Counted from the stretch's first letter, positions 28,732 through 37,629 are shown. The stretch: 64,000 nt of DNA from Candidatus Geothermocultor quzhuomuensis (GCA_015711795.1 JACVJC010000007.1:5809-69808), one strand, 5' to 3'. Notes: generated by a model from the sequence alone, not told the origin. Program-made: numbers and translations.

Positions 28732-29934
28732 ATGGCTCTTAAAGGAAATTTAAAAGATTTCAATCTAGCTGATATTTTTCAGTTAATTACATTGAGTAAG
28801 AAAAAGGGAGCCTTGGTTATCGAGAGCTCTGAGGGAAAAGGATCAATTTATTTTAAGGATGGGGGGATATATTTTGCTTCAACCCCTTGGAGTGAAAAAT
28901 CATGGCTTCAAAAGTTACTAACTTCTCAAAAGGTTTCTAATGAAGAGCGGGAGAGAATTTTGAAGGATAAGGAAAAGGACACTTCAAAGAAGGTGGGAAC
29001 CGCTTTAGTTGAAAAAGGTATATTTTCCTTAGAAGAACTCCAAAGTTTTCTTGTCAATCAAATTGCTGATGCTATTTTTGATCTATTTACTTGGAAAGAA
29101 GGTGATTTTAATTTTGAAGGGGATCAAGAAAGAGATGATGAGGATTTGGGGATAGTTGCTGACTCTTCAAAGGTTATTTCGGAGGTAAATGCTCGCCTAG
29201 ATGAATGGAAGAAGATAAAGAAGATAATTCCTAGCTTGAAGATGTATTTTAAAATAAGTTCATCTCCCGGTGAGGGAGATAAAGACATTAGCTTAAAACC
29301 TAAGGAATGGAAAGTTATTAGTGGTTTGGATGGGAGAAAAGATATAAGCACAGTTTCTAAGGAAGTTGGTTTGAGTGAGTTTGAAACTTGTAAGATACTC
29401 TCTGATGTTTATTCTAAAGGTTTAATTGAGGTTGCAGAACCGCCAGTAGCTGAAGTGGTCGAAAAGGAAAAAAAGGAAGAAGTTATTTCTTTAGAAGAGG
29501 TTAGGGAGGAAAAAAAGGAAGAAGTTATTGAGGAGAAAAAAGAGGAAGTAAAAGAAGGACTTCCTGTTGAAGAAATAAAACCTGAAGAAGCTGAAAGGAA
29601 AGAAGCAGTTGCTGAGGAAATTAAGAAGAAGGCGGACCAAGTAGTTGAGGAGATTACAGCTAAGATTACTGAGCAGATTCTCGGAGCAAAGAAAGAAAAA
29701 GTTAAAGGAGGCAAGCCGAAAGTTGATGTGGAGGTGGAGAGCAAAGGAGAAGTTCCTGTTGAGGAACTTGAAGAGATGCTTGAGGAGCTAACATCTTTAA
29801 CCGAAGTGGCACCACCTGAATCTTCTTCTGAATTGGAAGAAGCGACTAAGGTTGAAGAGGAGGGTACTTCTTTAGATAAAGGAATCACAAGGGAGCTTGT
29901 TTTAAAAATTATTAAAGGGATCAAAAGATTATAG
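28732..29934 (+). CDS. DUF4388/PATAN-domain protein with winged-helix-like segment and acidic linker
   Basis: MALKGNLKDFNLADIFQLI..KKGAL, LFTWKEGDFNF; LKPKEWKV..LDG..ISTVSKEVGLSEFETCKIL; E-rich linker; C-terminal RELVLKIIKGIKRL. Confidence 0.85.
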   Translation: MALKGNLKDFNLADIFQLITLSKKKGALVIESSEGKGSIYFKDGGIYFASTPWSEKSWLQKLLTSQKVSNEERERILKDKEKDTSKKVGTALVEKGIFSLEELQSFLVNQIADAIFDLFTWKEGDFNFEGDQERDDEDLGIVADSSKVISEVNARLDEWKKIKKIIPSLKMYFKISSSPGEGDKDISLKPKEWKVISGLDGRKDISTVSKEVGLSEFETCKILSDVYSKGLIEVAEPPVAEVVEKEKKEEVISLEEVREEKKEEVIEEKKEEVKEGLPVEEIKPEEAERKEAVAEEIKKKADQVVEEITAKITEQILGAKKEKVKGGKPKVDVEVESKGEVPVEELEEMLEELTSLTEVAPPESSSELEEATKVEEEGTSLDKGITRELVLKIIKGIKRL

Positions 29935-29943
29935 GAGGGTAAA

Positions 29944-30501
29944 TTGCGCTCGGTAAAGGTAGTGGTTACAGGTCCTTTTGCAGCTGGGAAAACAACATTT
30001 ATTCGAACAATCAGTGAGATAACAGTTCTTTCTACTGAAAGAGCGGTTTCAGACTCGAGTAAAGAGGTAAAAAGGGAGACAACTGTTGCTATGGACTTTG
30101 GTCGAATTACAGTCGATGACGATGTGGCTCTCTATCTTTTTGGAACCCCAGGTCAGGAACGTTTCAGTTTTATGTGGGAAACTCTTTCCAAGGGAATGCT
30201 CGGCTTTATTGTCTTAGTTGATTACTCAACCCCTGAGGGTGTTGCAGAATCACAAAAAATTTTAAATTATTTTAAGACTCTTTCCAGAGTTCCTTATGTT
30301 GTGGCAGTGACTAAGTTTGATGGAGCAGTTACTCCTCAGCTCCTTGAGGAGATTAGAGCTGGTCTCAGCATAAAAAGCAGTGTTCCTATCTATTCTTGCG
30401 ATGCTAGAAATAAAGAGGATGTTAAAGAAGTTCTCTTAGGATTGATGCATAAAGTTTTAGAGGTAGTCGATAGGAGAGAAAAGCAAGCTACTTCTTATTA
30501 A
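29944..30501 (+). CDS. MglA/CvnD-like small Ras-like GTPase
   Basis: G1 GPFAAGKTT, G2 TTVAMDFG, G3 GTPGQERF, G4 TKFD; TTG start after GGAGGG. Confidence 0.92.
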   Translation: MRSVKVVVTGPFAAGKTTFIRTISEITVLSTERAVSDSSKEVKRETTVAMDFGRITVDDDVALYLFGTPGQERFSFMWETLSKGMLGFIVLVDYSTPEGVAESQKILNYFKTLSRVPYVVAVTKFDGAVTPQLLEEIRAGLSIKSSVPIYSCDARNKEDVKEVLLGLMHKVLEVVDRREKQATSY

Positions 30502-30509
30502 AAATTCTT

Positions 30510-30728
30510 ATGAAAACTTTTTATAAGATATTAATTTCTCTTGGTTTAATTGGTCTAATTGCTCTTTGGTTCAAAAAGGGTAAAAGAAAATCTGAGCCAA
30601 AGAAGGTGGAATTATATTTTAATGATGGAAGCAAGCTAGAGGTGGGTGAGGATTCACCATATTATAGTGATTTTACCAGTATGGCTGATGAAATTTTTGA
30701 ATTATCCACTAAAGAAGGGGACGAATAA
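30510..30728 (+). CDS. Small membrane-anchored hypothetical protein
   Basis: 72 aa, N-terminal hydrophobic helix; exactly fills the gap between the GTPase and second pilB. Confidence 0.65.
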   Translation: MKTFYKILISLGLIGLIALWFKKGKRKSEPKKVELYFNDGSKLEVGEDSPYYSDFTSMADEIFELSTKEGDE

Positions 30729-32741
30729 GTGGCAAAAAAAGATTTGGCCAGTTTACTTAAGGAATCTAATTTAATCAGTGACGAACAGCTTCAGGAGGCA
30801 ATAGAAATTCAAAAGAAATCTGGTCTTCCTTTAGGCAGGGCTTTAGTTTACCTTGGCTATGTTAGTCAGAGGGACCTTATTTCAAAGATTGCTGAACAAT
30901 TAGGTTTAACATTTGTCGATTTTTCAACGGAAAAAATTGAAAAAAGGGCAGTTCAACTTATTCCAGAAGAGCTATGTCGAAAATTTCTAGTTTTCCCAGT
31001 AAAGATTCGTGACAACAAACTTTTAGTTGCGATGACTAACCCTAAGGATGTTATAGCGTTAGAAGAGTTGAAATCTCTTAGTGGGTATGAAATTGAGCCA
31101 GCTGTTTCAACTAGGGAGGATATTTTAGCTGCAATTAATCGATATTTTAAAGAGGGTGCTTTTGAGGAAGAGCTAACCAGCCTCTTGGAAGAAACAGAGA
31201 GAGAAGCTAGCTTAAAGGAGCTGGGAAAAACTTTTGAAACGGTTGAAGAAGTTGATTTAAGTAATTATTCAATTGACCCTAATGCAGTTATGACTATTTC
31301 TGAAGATTTAGCTCGCAAACATAAAATAATCCCTCTAGGCTTTGATGATAATCTTCTTCTTGTGGCTATGGCTAATCCAAGAGATATTTTTCTCCTTGAT
31401 AACTTGAGGATTTCTAGTGGGTATGACATTAAACCTTTTAAAGCTAGCGAGGAAGATATTTTAAATTCAATTAATCGCTATTATAAGATGGCAGAAGTTG
31501 TCGGAGTTGAAGAAGAACTGGAAAGTTTCTTTGCTGAGATAGGCAAAGAGGCTGATTTAACAAAGGTAAAAGAAGTAGTTGAAGATGCTCCTATTGTTAA
31601 GTTAGTTAATTTGATTATTACCAGAGCGGTTAGGGAGAGAGCAAGTGATATTCATATAGAGCCTCAAGAAAAAGATTTGAGAATAAGGTATCGCATTGAT
31701 GGGGTGCTTCATGAAGTTATGAGGTCACCGAAGCGCATTCAAGCTGGCATTTTATCTCGTTTAAAAATTATGGCAAGTATGGATATTGCTGAACGGAGAA
31801 AACCTCAAGATGGTCATTGTGCCTTAATGGTTGGTGGTAAAGCTATTGATTTTCGAGTGGCTACCTTACCAACCATTTATGGTGAGAGAGTTGTTTTGCG
31901 AGTTTTGGCAAAAGAAAGCATTTTATTAAGGCTTGAAGACCTTGGTTTCTTACCTGAGAGTTTAGAGAGGTATACCTCTGCATATACTTTACCTTATGGT
32001 GCCATTTTAATTACTGGTCCAACTGGTTCTGGTAAGTCAACAACTCTTTATGCTACTTTAAATGTTTTAAATACACCCGAGAAAAACATTGTTACCATTG
32101 AAGATCCTGTTGAGTATCGTCTTTCAGGGATAAATCAAGTTCAGATTAACCCCAAAGCTGGTTTGACTTTTGCCCGAGGGTTAAGGTCGATTTTAAGAAC
32201 CTCTCCTGATATTGTTATGGTTGGTGAGATTCGAGACCAAGAAACAGCTCAAATTGCCATTGAGGCTGCTTTAACTGGTCACCTTGTTTTATCAACCCTT
32301 CATACTAATGACGCGCCTAGTGCCATCTCTCGACTTATTGAAATGGGGATTGAACCTTTTTTAGTTGCTTCAGCAGTTGACTGTGTTCAAGCTCAAAGAT
32401 TGGCAAGAAGGCTTTGTAATGAGTGTAAAGAGCCATATACTCCTTCCAGAAAAGCTTTGGAGGAAATTGGTTTTCCTTTGGAAGATGATGAGGTTCCTAC
32501 TTTATATCGGGCAAAAGGTTGTCCTAAATGTGGTAATACTGGTTATAAGGGTCGAGTTGGGATTTATGAGGTTATGTTGGTTAGCGAAACCATTGAGCGC
32601 TTAGCAGTGGAAAAGGCTACAGCGGAGCAGATAAAGAAAGTGGCGATTGAAGAAGGGATGTTTACATTAAGACGAGATGGTTTTGAGAAGGTTAGAAAAG
32701 GGATAACTTCAATTGAGGAGGTTTTAAGGGTAGTAGTCTAA
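30729..32741 (+). CDS. pilB: Type IV pilus extension ATPase PilB (paralog 2) with duplicated N-terminal GSPII domain
   Basis: GPTGSGKS, GEIRD, STLHTN, four-Cys site; two copies of VD....I...A...I.E.L.RK...P......LLVAM.NP. Confidence 0.95.
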   Translation: MAKKDLASLLKESNLISDEQLQEAIEIQKKSGLPLGRALVYLGYVSQRDLISKIAEQLGLTFVDFSTEKIEKRAVQLIPEELCRKFLVFPVKIRDNKLLVAMTNPKDVIALEELKSLSGYEIEPAVSTREDILAAINRYFKEGAFEEELTSLLEETEREASLKELGKTFETVEEVDLSNYSIDPNAVMTISEDLARKHKIIPLGFDDNLLLVAMANPRDIFLLDNLRISSGYDIKPFKASEEDILNSINRYYKMAEVVGVEEELESFFAEIGKEADLTKVKEVVEDAPIVKLVNLIITRAVRERASDIHIEPQEKDLRIRYRIDGVLHEVMRSPKRIQAGILSRLKIMASMDIAERRKPQDGHCALMVGGKAIDFRVATLPTIYGERVVLRVLAKESILLRLEDLGFLPESLERYTSAYTLPYGAILITGPTGSGKSTTLYATLNVLNTPEKNIVTIEDPVEYRLSGINQVQINPKAGLTFARGLRSILRTSPDIVMVGEIRDQETAQIAIEAALTGHLVLSTLHTNDAPSAISRLIEMGIEPFLVASAVDCVQAQRLARRLCNECKEPYTPSRKALEEIGFPLEDDEVPTLYRAKGCPKCGNTGYKGRVGIYEVMLVSETIERLAVEKATAEQIKKVAIEEGMFTLRRDGFEKVRKGITSIEEVLRVVV

Positions 32742-32780
32742 CGCTAATTAAAAATTGGAAATTTTGAGGAGGATGATTAA

Positions 32781-33854
32781 GTGATTGATTTAAATCAGCT
32801 TTTACTCGAAATGATTGATAAAGGAGCATCAGATCTTCACATAACAGTTGGTGCCCCTCCAGTAATTAGACTACATGGACGCTTAGAACCTTTAGATTAT
32901 CCCAAGTTAATGCCACAGGATACCAAGGAAATGATTTATGGAATCTTAACTCAAGAGCAAAGAGAACAGGTAGAGAGAAACTGGGAGTATGATTTTTCTC
33001 ATTCTCTTCCTGGCAAAGGCCGTTTTAGAGTTAATATTTTTTTCCAAAGAGGGAGCTTAGCTGCTGCTTTTCGTTTGATACCAGTCAGAATTCCAACCCT
33101 TGAGGAATTAGGGCTTCCTCCTGTTTTAGTTGAATTTACCCGCAAACCTCGGGGTTTTGTTTTGGTTACAGGACCAACTGGCGCTGGTAAATCTACAACT
33201 TTAGCTGCTTTAATTAATATTATTAATGAAACTCGAAGTGAGCACATTATTACTATTGAAGATCCGGTTGAATTTCTCCATACTCACAAAAAATCAATTG
33301 TTAATCAACGAGAAATTGCATCAGATACAAAATCTTTTGCTAGTGCCTTAAAATATGTCTTGAGGCAAGACCCTGATGTTATTTTAATTGGAGAGATGAG
33401 AGACATTGAAACCATTTCTGCTGCCTTAACAGCGGCTGAAACTGGTCATCTTGTTTTTACTACTTTGCATACTCAAGATGCCCCCCAAACTATAGACCGA
33501 ATTATTGATGTTTTTCCACCTTATCAACAGCAGCAAATTAGAATTCAGCTGGCTGGGACCCTTCAGGGGATAATCTCTCAACAACTCCTTCCTACTCGAG
33601 ATGGTAGGGGTAGAGTTGTAGCTGTTGAAGTTCTTATTCCAACTCCGGGTATTCGCAATATGATTAGAGAAGCAAAAGTTCACCAAATTTACACCGCAAT
33701 GCAAACAGGAGGAAAACACGGGATGCAAACGATGGACCAAGCCTTGGCATCGTTAGTAAAAAGAGGTAAAATAACATATGATTTAGCAATTCAAAGGGCA
33801 ATTGACCCTCAAGACTTAAAAACTCTTTTAAGACAATCAGGGGTGGTGATTTAA
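32781..33854 (+). CDS. pilT: Type IV pilus retraction ATPase PilT
   Basis: ASDLHI, GPTGAGKST, GEMRD, AAETGH, GIRNMIRE (AIRNLIRE-like), GMQT. Confidence 0.96.
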   Translation: MIDLNQLLLEMIDKGASDLHITVGAPPVIRLHGRLEPLDYPKLMPQDTKEMIYGILTQEQREQVERNWEYDFSHSLPGKGRFRVNIFFQRGSLAAAFRLIPVRIPTLEELGLPPVLVEFTRKPRGFVLVTGPTGAGKSTTLAALINIINETRSEHIITIEDPVEFLHTHKKSIVNQREIASDTKSFASALKYVLRQDPDVILIGEMRDIETISAALTAAETGHLVFTTLHTQDAPQTIDRIIDVFPPYQQQQIRIQLAGTLQGIISQQLLPTRDGRGRVVAVEVLIPTPGIRNMIREAKVHQIYTAMQTGGKHGMQTMDQALASLVKRGKITYDLAIQRAIDPQDLKTLLRQSGVVI

Positions 33855-35066
33855 ATGCCAGCAACCTTTGTTTATAAAGTAAGAGACCGAACAGGTAAAA
33901 TTATTAGTGGTGCCATTGAGGCTGACAGTCAAATTGCTGTTGCCTCGAAACTAAGGAGCATGGGTTATATTGTTGTTAATATTAGTGAGAAGAAGGAAGG
34001 TCTTTCCTTTTCTTTACCTGTTAAAAGGAAGGTTAAAGCCAAAGATTTAACTGTTTTTGCCCGACAATTCGCTACGATGATTAATTCAGGTGTTTCTATA
34101 ACTAAGTCGCTTTCTATTTTAGCTGATCAAACTGAGAGCCAAGCTTTAGCCAATATTGTTCTTCAGCTTCAAAAAGATGTTGAAGGGGGACTTTCCCTCT
34201 CGGAAGCTTTATCAAAGCATAGCAAGATTTTCCCTCCTCTTTTTATTAATATGGTTAGAGCTGGTGAGGCTGGTGGTGTTTTAGATGAAGTGCTTTTAAG
34301 AATTGCTGAGCATTTTGAAAAAGAGCAGGGTTTAAAGTCAAGAATTAAATCTGCTTTAGCTTATCCTGTGGCTATCTTTAGTTTCTCAGTCGTTTTAGTT
34401 TTCATTATGATTACCTTCATTGTCCCTATTTTTGTTGGGATGTTTGCCACTTTAGGTGGAGAGTTACCTTTACCAACCAAGATACTCTTAGCAATGAGTA
34501 ATTTCATTCGGGGAATTGGTGGACTTTTCTTGTTGGGTGGAGTTATTGGTTTTATTTTTGGTTACCGCAGTTTCACTGCTACAGAGAAAGGGAGATTCCT
34601 TGTTGATAAAGTTAAGTTGCACTTACCGGTTTTTGGTTCATTGACTCAAAAAATGGCTATTGCTAAATTTACTCGAACTTTTGGTACTTTAATCTCAAGT
34701 GGTGTTCCTATTCTCCAAGCCTTAGACATTGTCGCTGATACTGCTGAAAATGCAGTCGTTACTAAATCAGTCAGGGAAGCCCGAGCTAGCATAAAGGAAG
34801 GGGAAACTATTTCAGCTCCTCTTTCTTCAAGTGGGGTTTTCCCTCCCATGGTTGTTCAAATGATTGCAGTTGGAGAAGAAACTGGAGCTCTAGACTCAAT
34901 GCTTAAAAAGATTGCTGACTTTTATGATGAAGAAGTTTCATCAACGGTTGATACCTTAACTTCCCTTATTGAACCTTTTATGATGCTTTTCCTTGGTTTA
35001 ACCATTGGAGGCATTGTTATTTCTCTTTACATGCCAATGTTCAAAGTCGTCACCTTAATTAAATAA
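33855..35066 (+). CDS. pilC: Type IV pilus platform protein PilC
   Basis: FARQFATMI, GEAGGVL, GEETGALD, two T2SSF repeats. Confidence 0.96.
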   Translation: MPATFVYKVRDRTGKIISGAIEADSQIAVASKLRSMGYIVVNISEKKEGLSFSLPVKRKVKAKDLTVFARQFATMINSGVSITKSLSILADQTESQALANIVLQLQKDVEGGLSLSEALSKHSKIFPPLFINMVRAGEAGGVLDEVLLRIAEHFEKEQGLKSRIKSALAYPVAIFSFSVVLVFIMITFIVPIFVGMFATLGGELPLPTKILLAMSNFIRGIGGLFLLGGVIGFIFGYRSFTATEKGRFLVDKVKLHLPVFGSLTQKMAIAKFTRTFGTLISSGVPILQALDIVADTAENAVVTKSVREARASIKEGETISAPLSSSGVFPPMVVQMIAVGEETGALDSMLKKIADFYDEEVSSTVDTLTSLIEPFMMLFLGLTIGGIVISLYMPMFKVVTLIK

Positions 35067-35157
35067 TGCTCAAGCTTTAAAGGATTTCAGTCTTTTTGTA
35101 ATATCCCTCATTTGAGGGAGAAAAAAGTCACCTTTTTAGTTTCTATTTAGATTTTAC

Positions 35158-35185
35158 TAAAGTTTTTTTAATTTTTTGCCGATTA
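35158..35185 (+). promoter_or_regulatory. Putative sigma28 (FliA/SigD/WhiG-type) promoter of major pilin
   Basis: TAAA-N16-GCCGATTA, ending 41 nt before the ATG. Confidence 0.65.
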
Positions 35186-35226
35186 ATTTATTGCAAGGAA
35201 GTTTTTATGAGAGGAGGTGAAGAAAG

Positions 35227-35637
35227 ATGTTTAAGCATGAAGAAGGTTTTACCTTAATTGAGTTGATGGTTGTCGTCCTTATTATCGCTATTTTAGTTGC
35301 TATCGCTGTGCCTGTCTTTAATGCTGCTCGTCAAAATGCTTGGAAGAGAACTTGTCAAGCAAACTTAAGAACAATTGATGGACAAATTCAAGCTTACTGG
35401 GCTGAATATGAAGCATTTCCGGCTGGTTTTAATGGTGTTGCTGTTCTTACTAGTAATCATGCTTTAGTAACTGCTCAATATATTAGGACTGCCCCTCAGT
35501 GCCCAAGAAGTAAAGCGGAAGGAGATATAGCTAATTCCTATTACACAATTGGTAATTCTACAGCTGGAGATTTAGTTTCTGGAGCGACACCTCAATCCTT
35601 CTGTGTTAAATACAATGCTCAAGGCCACTCCTATTAA
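35227..35637 (+). CDS. pilA: Type IV major pilin (probable)
   Basis: EEG|FTLIEL class III signal; strong AGGAGGTGA SD; own promoter and terminator. Confidence 0.88.
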   Translation: MFKHEEGFTLIELMVVVLIIAILVAIAVPVFNAARQNAWKRTCQANLRTIDGQIQAYWAEYEAFPAGFNGVAVLTSNHALVTAQYIRTAPQCPRSKAEGDIANSYYTIGNSTAGDLVSGATPQSFCVKYNAQGHSY

Positions 35638-35651
35638 AGTGTTCTTCAAGC

Positions 35652-35680
35652 AAAGGGCGGTCTAAGAGACCGCCCTTTTT
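35652..35680 (+). terminator. Rho-independent terminator after major pilin
   Basis: AAAGGGCGGTCT-aag-AGACCGCCCTTT hairpin ending in a T run. Confidence 0.9.
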
Positions 35681-35769
35681 ACTTTAATCTTTGGCATTTA
35701 GCTTGCCAGTTAAATCACTCCCTGCCTTAGTTTATTTACAAAATGAAGAAGAAAATATATATTTCTTTT

Positions 35770-36216
35770 ATGTTTAAATTTCAAGAAGGTTTTACCTTAA
35801 TTGAGTTGATGGTTGTCGTCCTTATTATCGCCATTTTAGTTGCTATTGCTGTTCCTGTCTTTAATGCGGTTAAGGAAGGGGCTTGGAAAAGAACTTGTCA
35901 AGCAAACTTAAGGATAATTGATGGTCAAATTCAAGCTTATTCAGCTGAGACGGAATACTTACTTCCAGCTAATTTTCAAGGTTTGCGGGTTCTTAATTTA
36001 AACCATCCTTTAATTACTGGTCAATACCTTAAGTCGGTTCCTTTATGTCCACGGACAAAGGCGGAAGGAGATGTGACAAATGCTTTTTACTCAATTGGTG
36101 ATTCCTATGACGGAACAAATGGAATGGTAGGAACAGTTACTAATGCTTCTAGTGGACGAGAAGCTTCTGCTTTTTGTACTTTATATAATCCTTCTCATAG
36201 GTATCGAGGCGAGTAA
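35770..36216 (+). CDS. Type IV pilin, close paralog of the major pilin
   Basis: QEG|FTLIELMVVVLIIAILVAIAVPVFNA identical mature N-terminus; alternative ATG at 35743; no evident SD at either start. Confidence 0.85.
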   Translation: MFKFQEGFTLIELMVVVLIIAILVAIAVPVFNAVKEGAWKRTCQANLRIIDGQIQAYSAETEYLLPANFQGLRVLNLNHPLITGQYLKSVPLCPRTKAEGDVTNAFYSIGDSYDGTNGMVGTVTNASSGREASAFCTLYNPSHRYRGE

Positions 36217-36443
36217 ATATAAAACAAAGGCCAGGGGAGCAGTAGGAAAAAAGTTGAGTTGGAAATGGCTTTTAACTTGTGGCTGATAACGGTGAACTGG
36301 GAGCAGAGCAATTTCTTTCTCAAAATTCTGAGAAAGTGGCGAAGTCAAAAAGATAAGTAGAGAAGGGCAAAAAGCAAGGGAACAGATGGGATTTATAATG
36401 AGCACCTATTTACAAGCGAAGGTGGGAAATATATATTTTTTTT

Positions 36444-36803
36444 ATGCTTTTTAGAGAAAAGGGCTTCACTTTAATTGAGATTATGGTAGTGGTGCTAATT
36501 TTTGGATTTTTACTGGCCATAGCTATTCCCTTTTATGCTACTTTAAGTTCCTCCGTTAAGAAAAATGCCTGCTACGCTAATTTACAGGTTCTCGATAACA
36601 CACTGGCTCGTTATAACATTGACAAGGGAAGTTATCCTCCCTTGGCTGATGGTTCACCTTTAACTGATTTTGAACCTTATTTTGTTCCTGAATATTTAAA
36701 GAGGCTTCCCTCCTGTCCTCAAGGTGGAGATTATACTTATCATCTTCTTGGAACCAATGCTTACTTTTCATGCTCAATTCATGGCAACCTTCCCAAGAAG
36801 TGA
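36444..36803 (+). CDS. Type IV pilin (ComGC/PilE-like minor pilin)
   Basis: EKG|FTLIEI; CP.GG.Y...CSIHG C-terminus. Confidence 0.85.
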   Translation: MLFREKGFTLIEIMVVVLIFGFLLAIAIPFYATLSSSVKKNACYANLQVLDNTLARYNIDKGSYPPLADGSPLTDFEPYFVPEYLKRLPSCPQGGDYTYHLLGTNAYFSCSIHGNLPKK

Positions 36804-36813
36804 GGTTTTTGCC

Positions 36814-37596
36814 TTGCTTTCTCTTTTTTCTTTTCTCTTTGGTTTATCTTTAGGGAGTTTTATTAATGTTCTTATTTATCGATTGCCCAAGGGTGAATCA
36901 ATTATTTTCCCTCCTTCTCACTGTCCTCATTGCCAGATTCCCCTCAAGTTTTATGATAACATTCCTCTCTTGAGTTTCCTTATTTTAAAAGGAAAATGTC
37001 GCTCTTGTAAGCAAAAAATTTCAATTAGATATCCAATAGTTGAAGCGTTAACTGCCTCTTTAGTTTGGCTTTCTTTTTACAAGTTTGGGATAAGTTTTCA
37101 AGCTTTTATTTCCACTCTTTTCTTTTCGAGCCTTGTTCTTATTTCCTTTATTGACCTTGACTCTCATTTAATACCAAATAAAATTGTTTATCCTCTTCTT
37201 CTCATATCCCTTGTTTTATTTCTCTTTTCCTGGATTTTTAAATTACCCTTAGTGCCCTTAATGAACTCATCTTATTTTTCTTCCATCTACGGGTTTTTAC
37301 TTGGGGGGGGAATTCTTTACCTTGTTGCTCTTATTTCCCCCTTTGTTTTTAAAAAAGAAGGGATGGGAGGGGGGGACATAAAACTCGCTTCTTTTATTGG
37401 AATTTACTTAGGTTATTATATTCTTTTAGCTTTACTTTTTGCCTTTTTCTTTGGGAGTATTGGCGGGTTACTTTTAATTAAAAAGGGGGGTTCAACCAAG
37501 AGCGAGATTCCCTTTGCTCCCTTTTTAAGTTTGGGAGCTCTCTTTACTTTTATGTTTGGTTTTCCTATTGCCCGTTGGTACTTTTCTTTTCTTTAA
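36814..37596 (+). CDS. pilD: Prepilin peptidase/N-methyltransferase PilD
   Basis: GSFINVLIYRLP, SHCPHC, GKCRSC, FIDLD, MGGGDIKL, IPFAPFL; probable TTG start 36814 after GAGGT. Confidence 0.95.
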   Translation: MLSLFSFLFGLSLGSFINVLIYRLPKGESIIFPPSHCPHCQIPLKFYDNIPLLSFLILKGKCRSCKQKISIRYPIVEALTASLVWLSFYKFGISFQAFISTLFFSSLVLISFIDLDSHLIPNKIVYPLLLISLVLFLFSWIFKLPLVPLMNSSYFSSIYGFLLGGGILYLVALISPFVFKKEGMGGGDIKLASFIGIYLGYYILLALLFAFFFGSIGGLLLIKKGGSTKSEIPFAPFLSLGALFTFMFGFPIARWYFSFL

Positions 37597-37601
37597 TCCC
37601 C

Positions 37602-37629
37602 TAAAGGAAAAACCTTTTTCTGACGATAA
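37602..37629 (+). promoter_or_regulatory. Putative second sigma28-type promoter for the minor pilin operon
   Basis: TAAA-N16-GACGATAA; same CTAAAG -35 context as at 35157. Confidence 0.55.

Noticed and set aside
27992..29924. Minus-strand ORFs 27992-28510, 29124-29351 and 29409-29924
   Set aside because: Ser/Phe-rich antisense shadows of Glu/Lys-rich plus-strand genes; no motifs
36217..36443. Possible c-di-GMP riboswitch between pilin genes
   Set aside because: GGCAAA occurs but I could not find the paired GEMM stems or class II pseudoknot; the region looks like heptamer-type repeats
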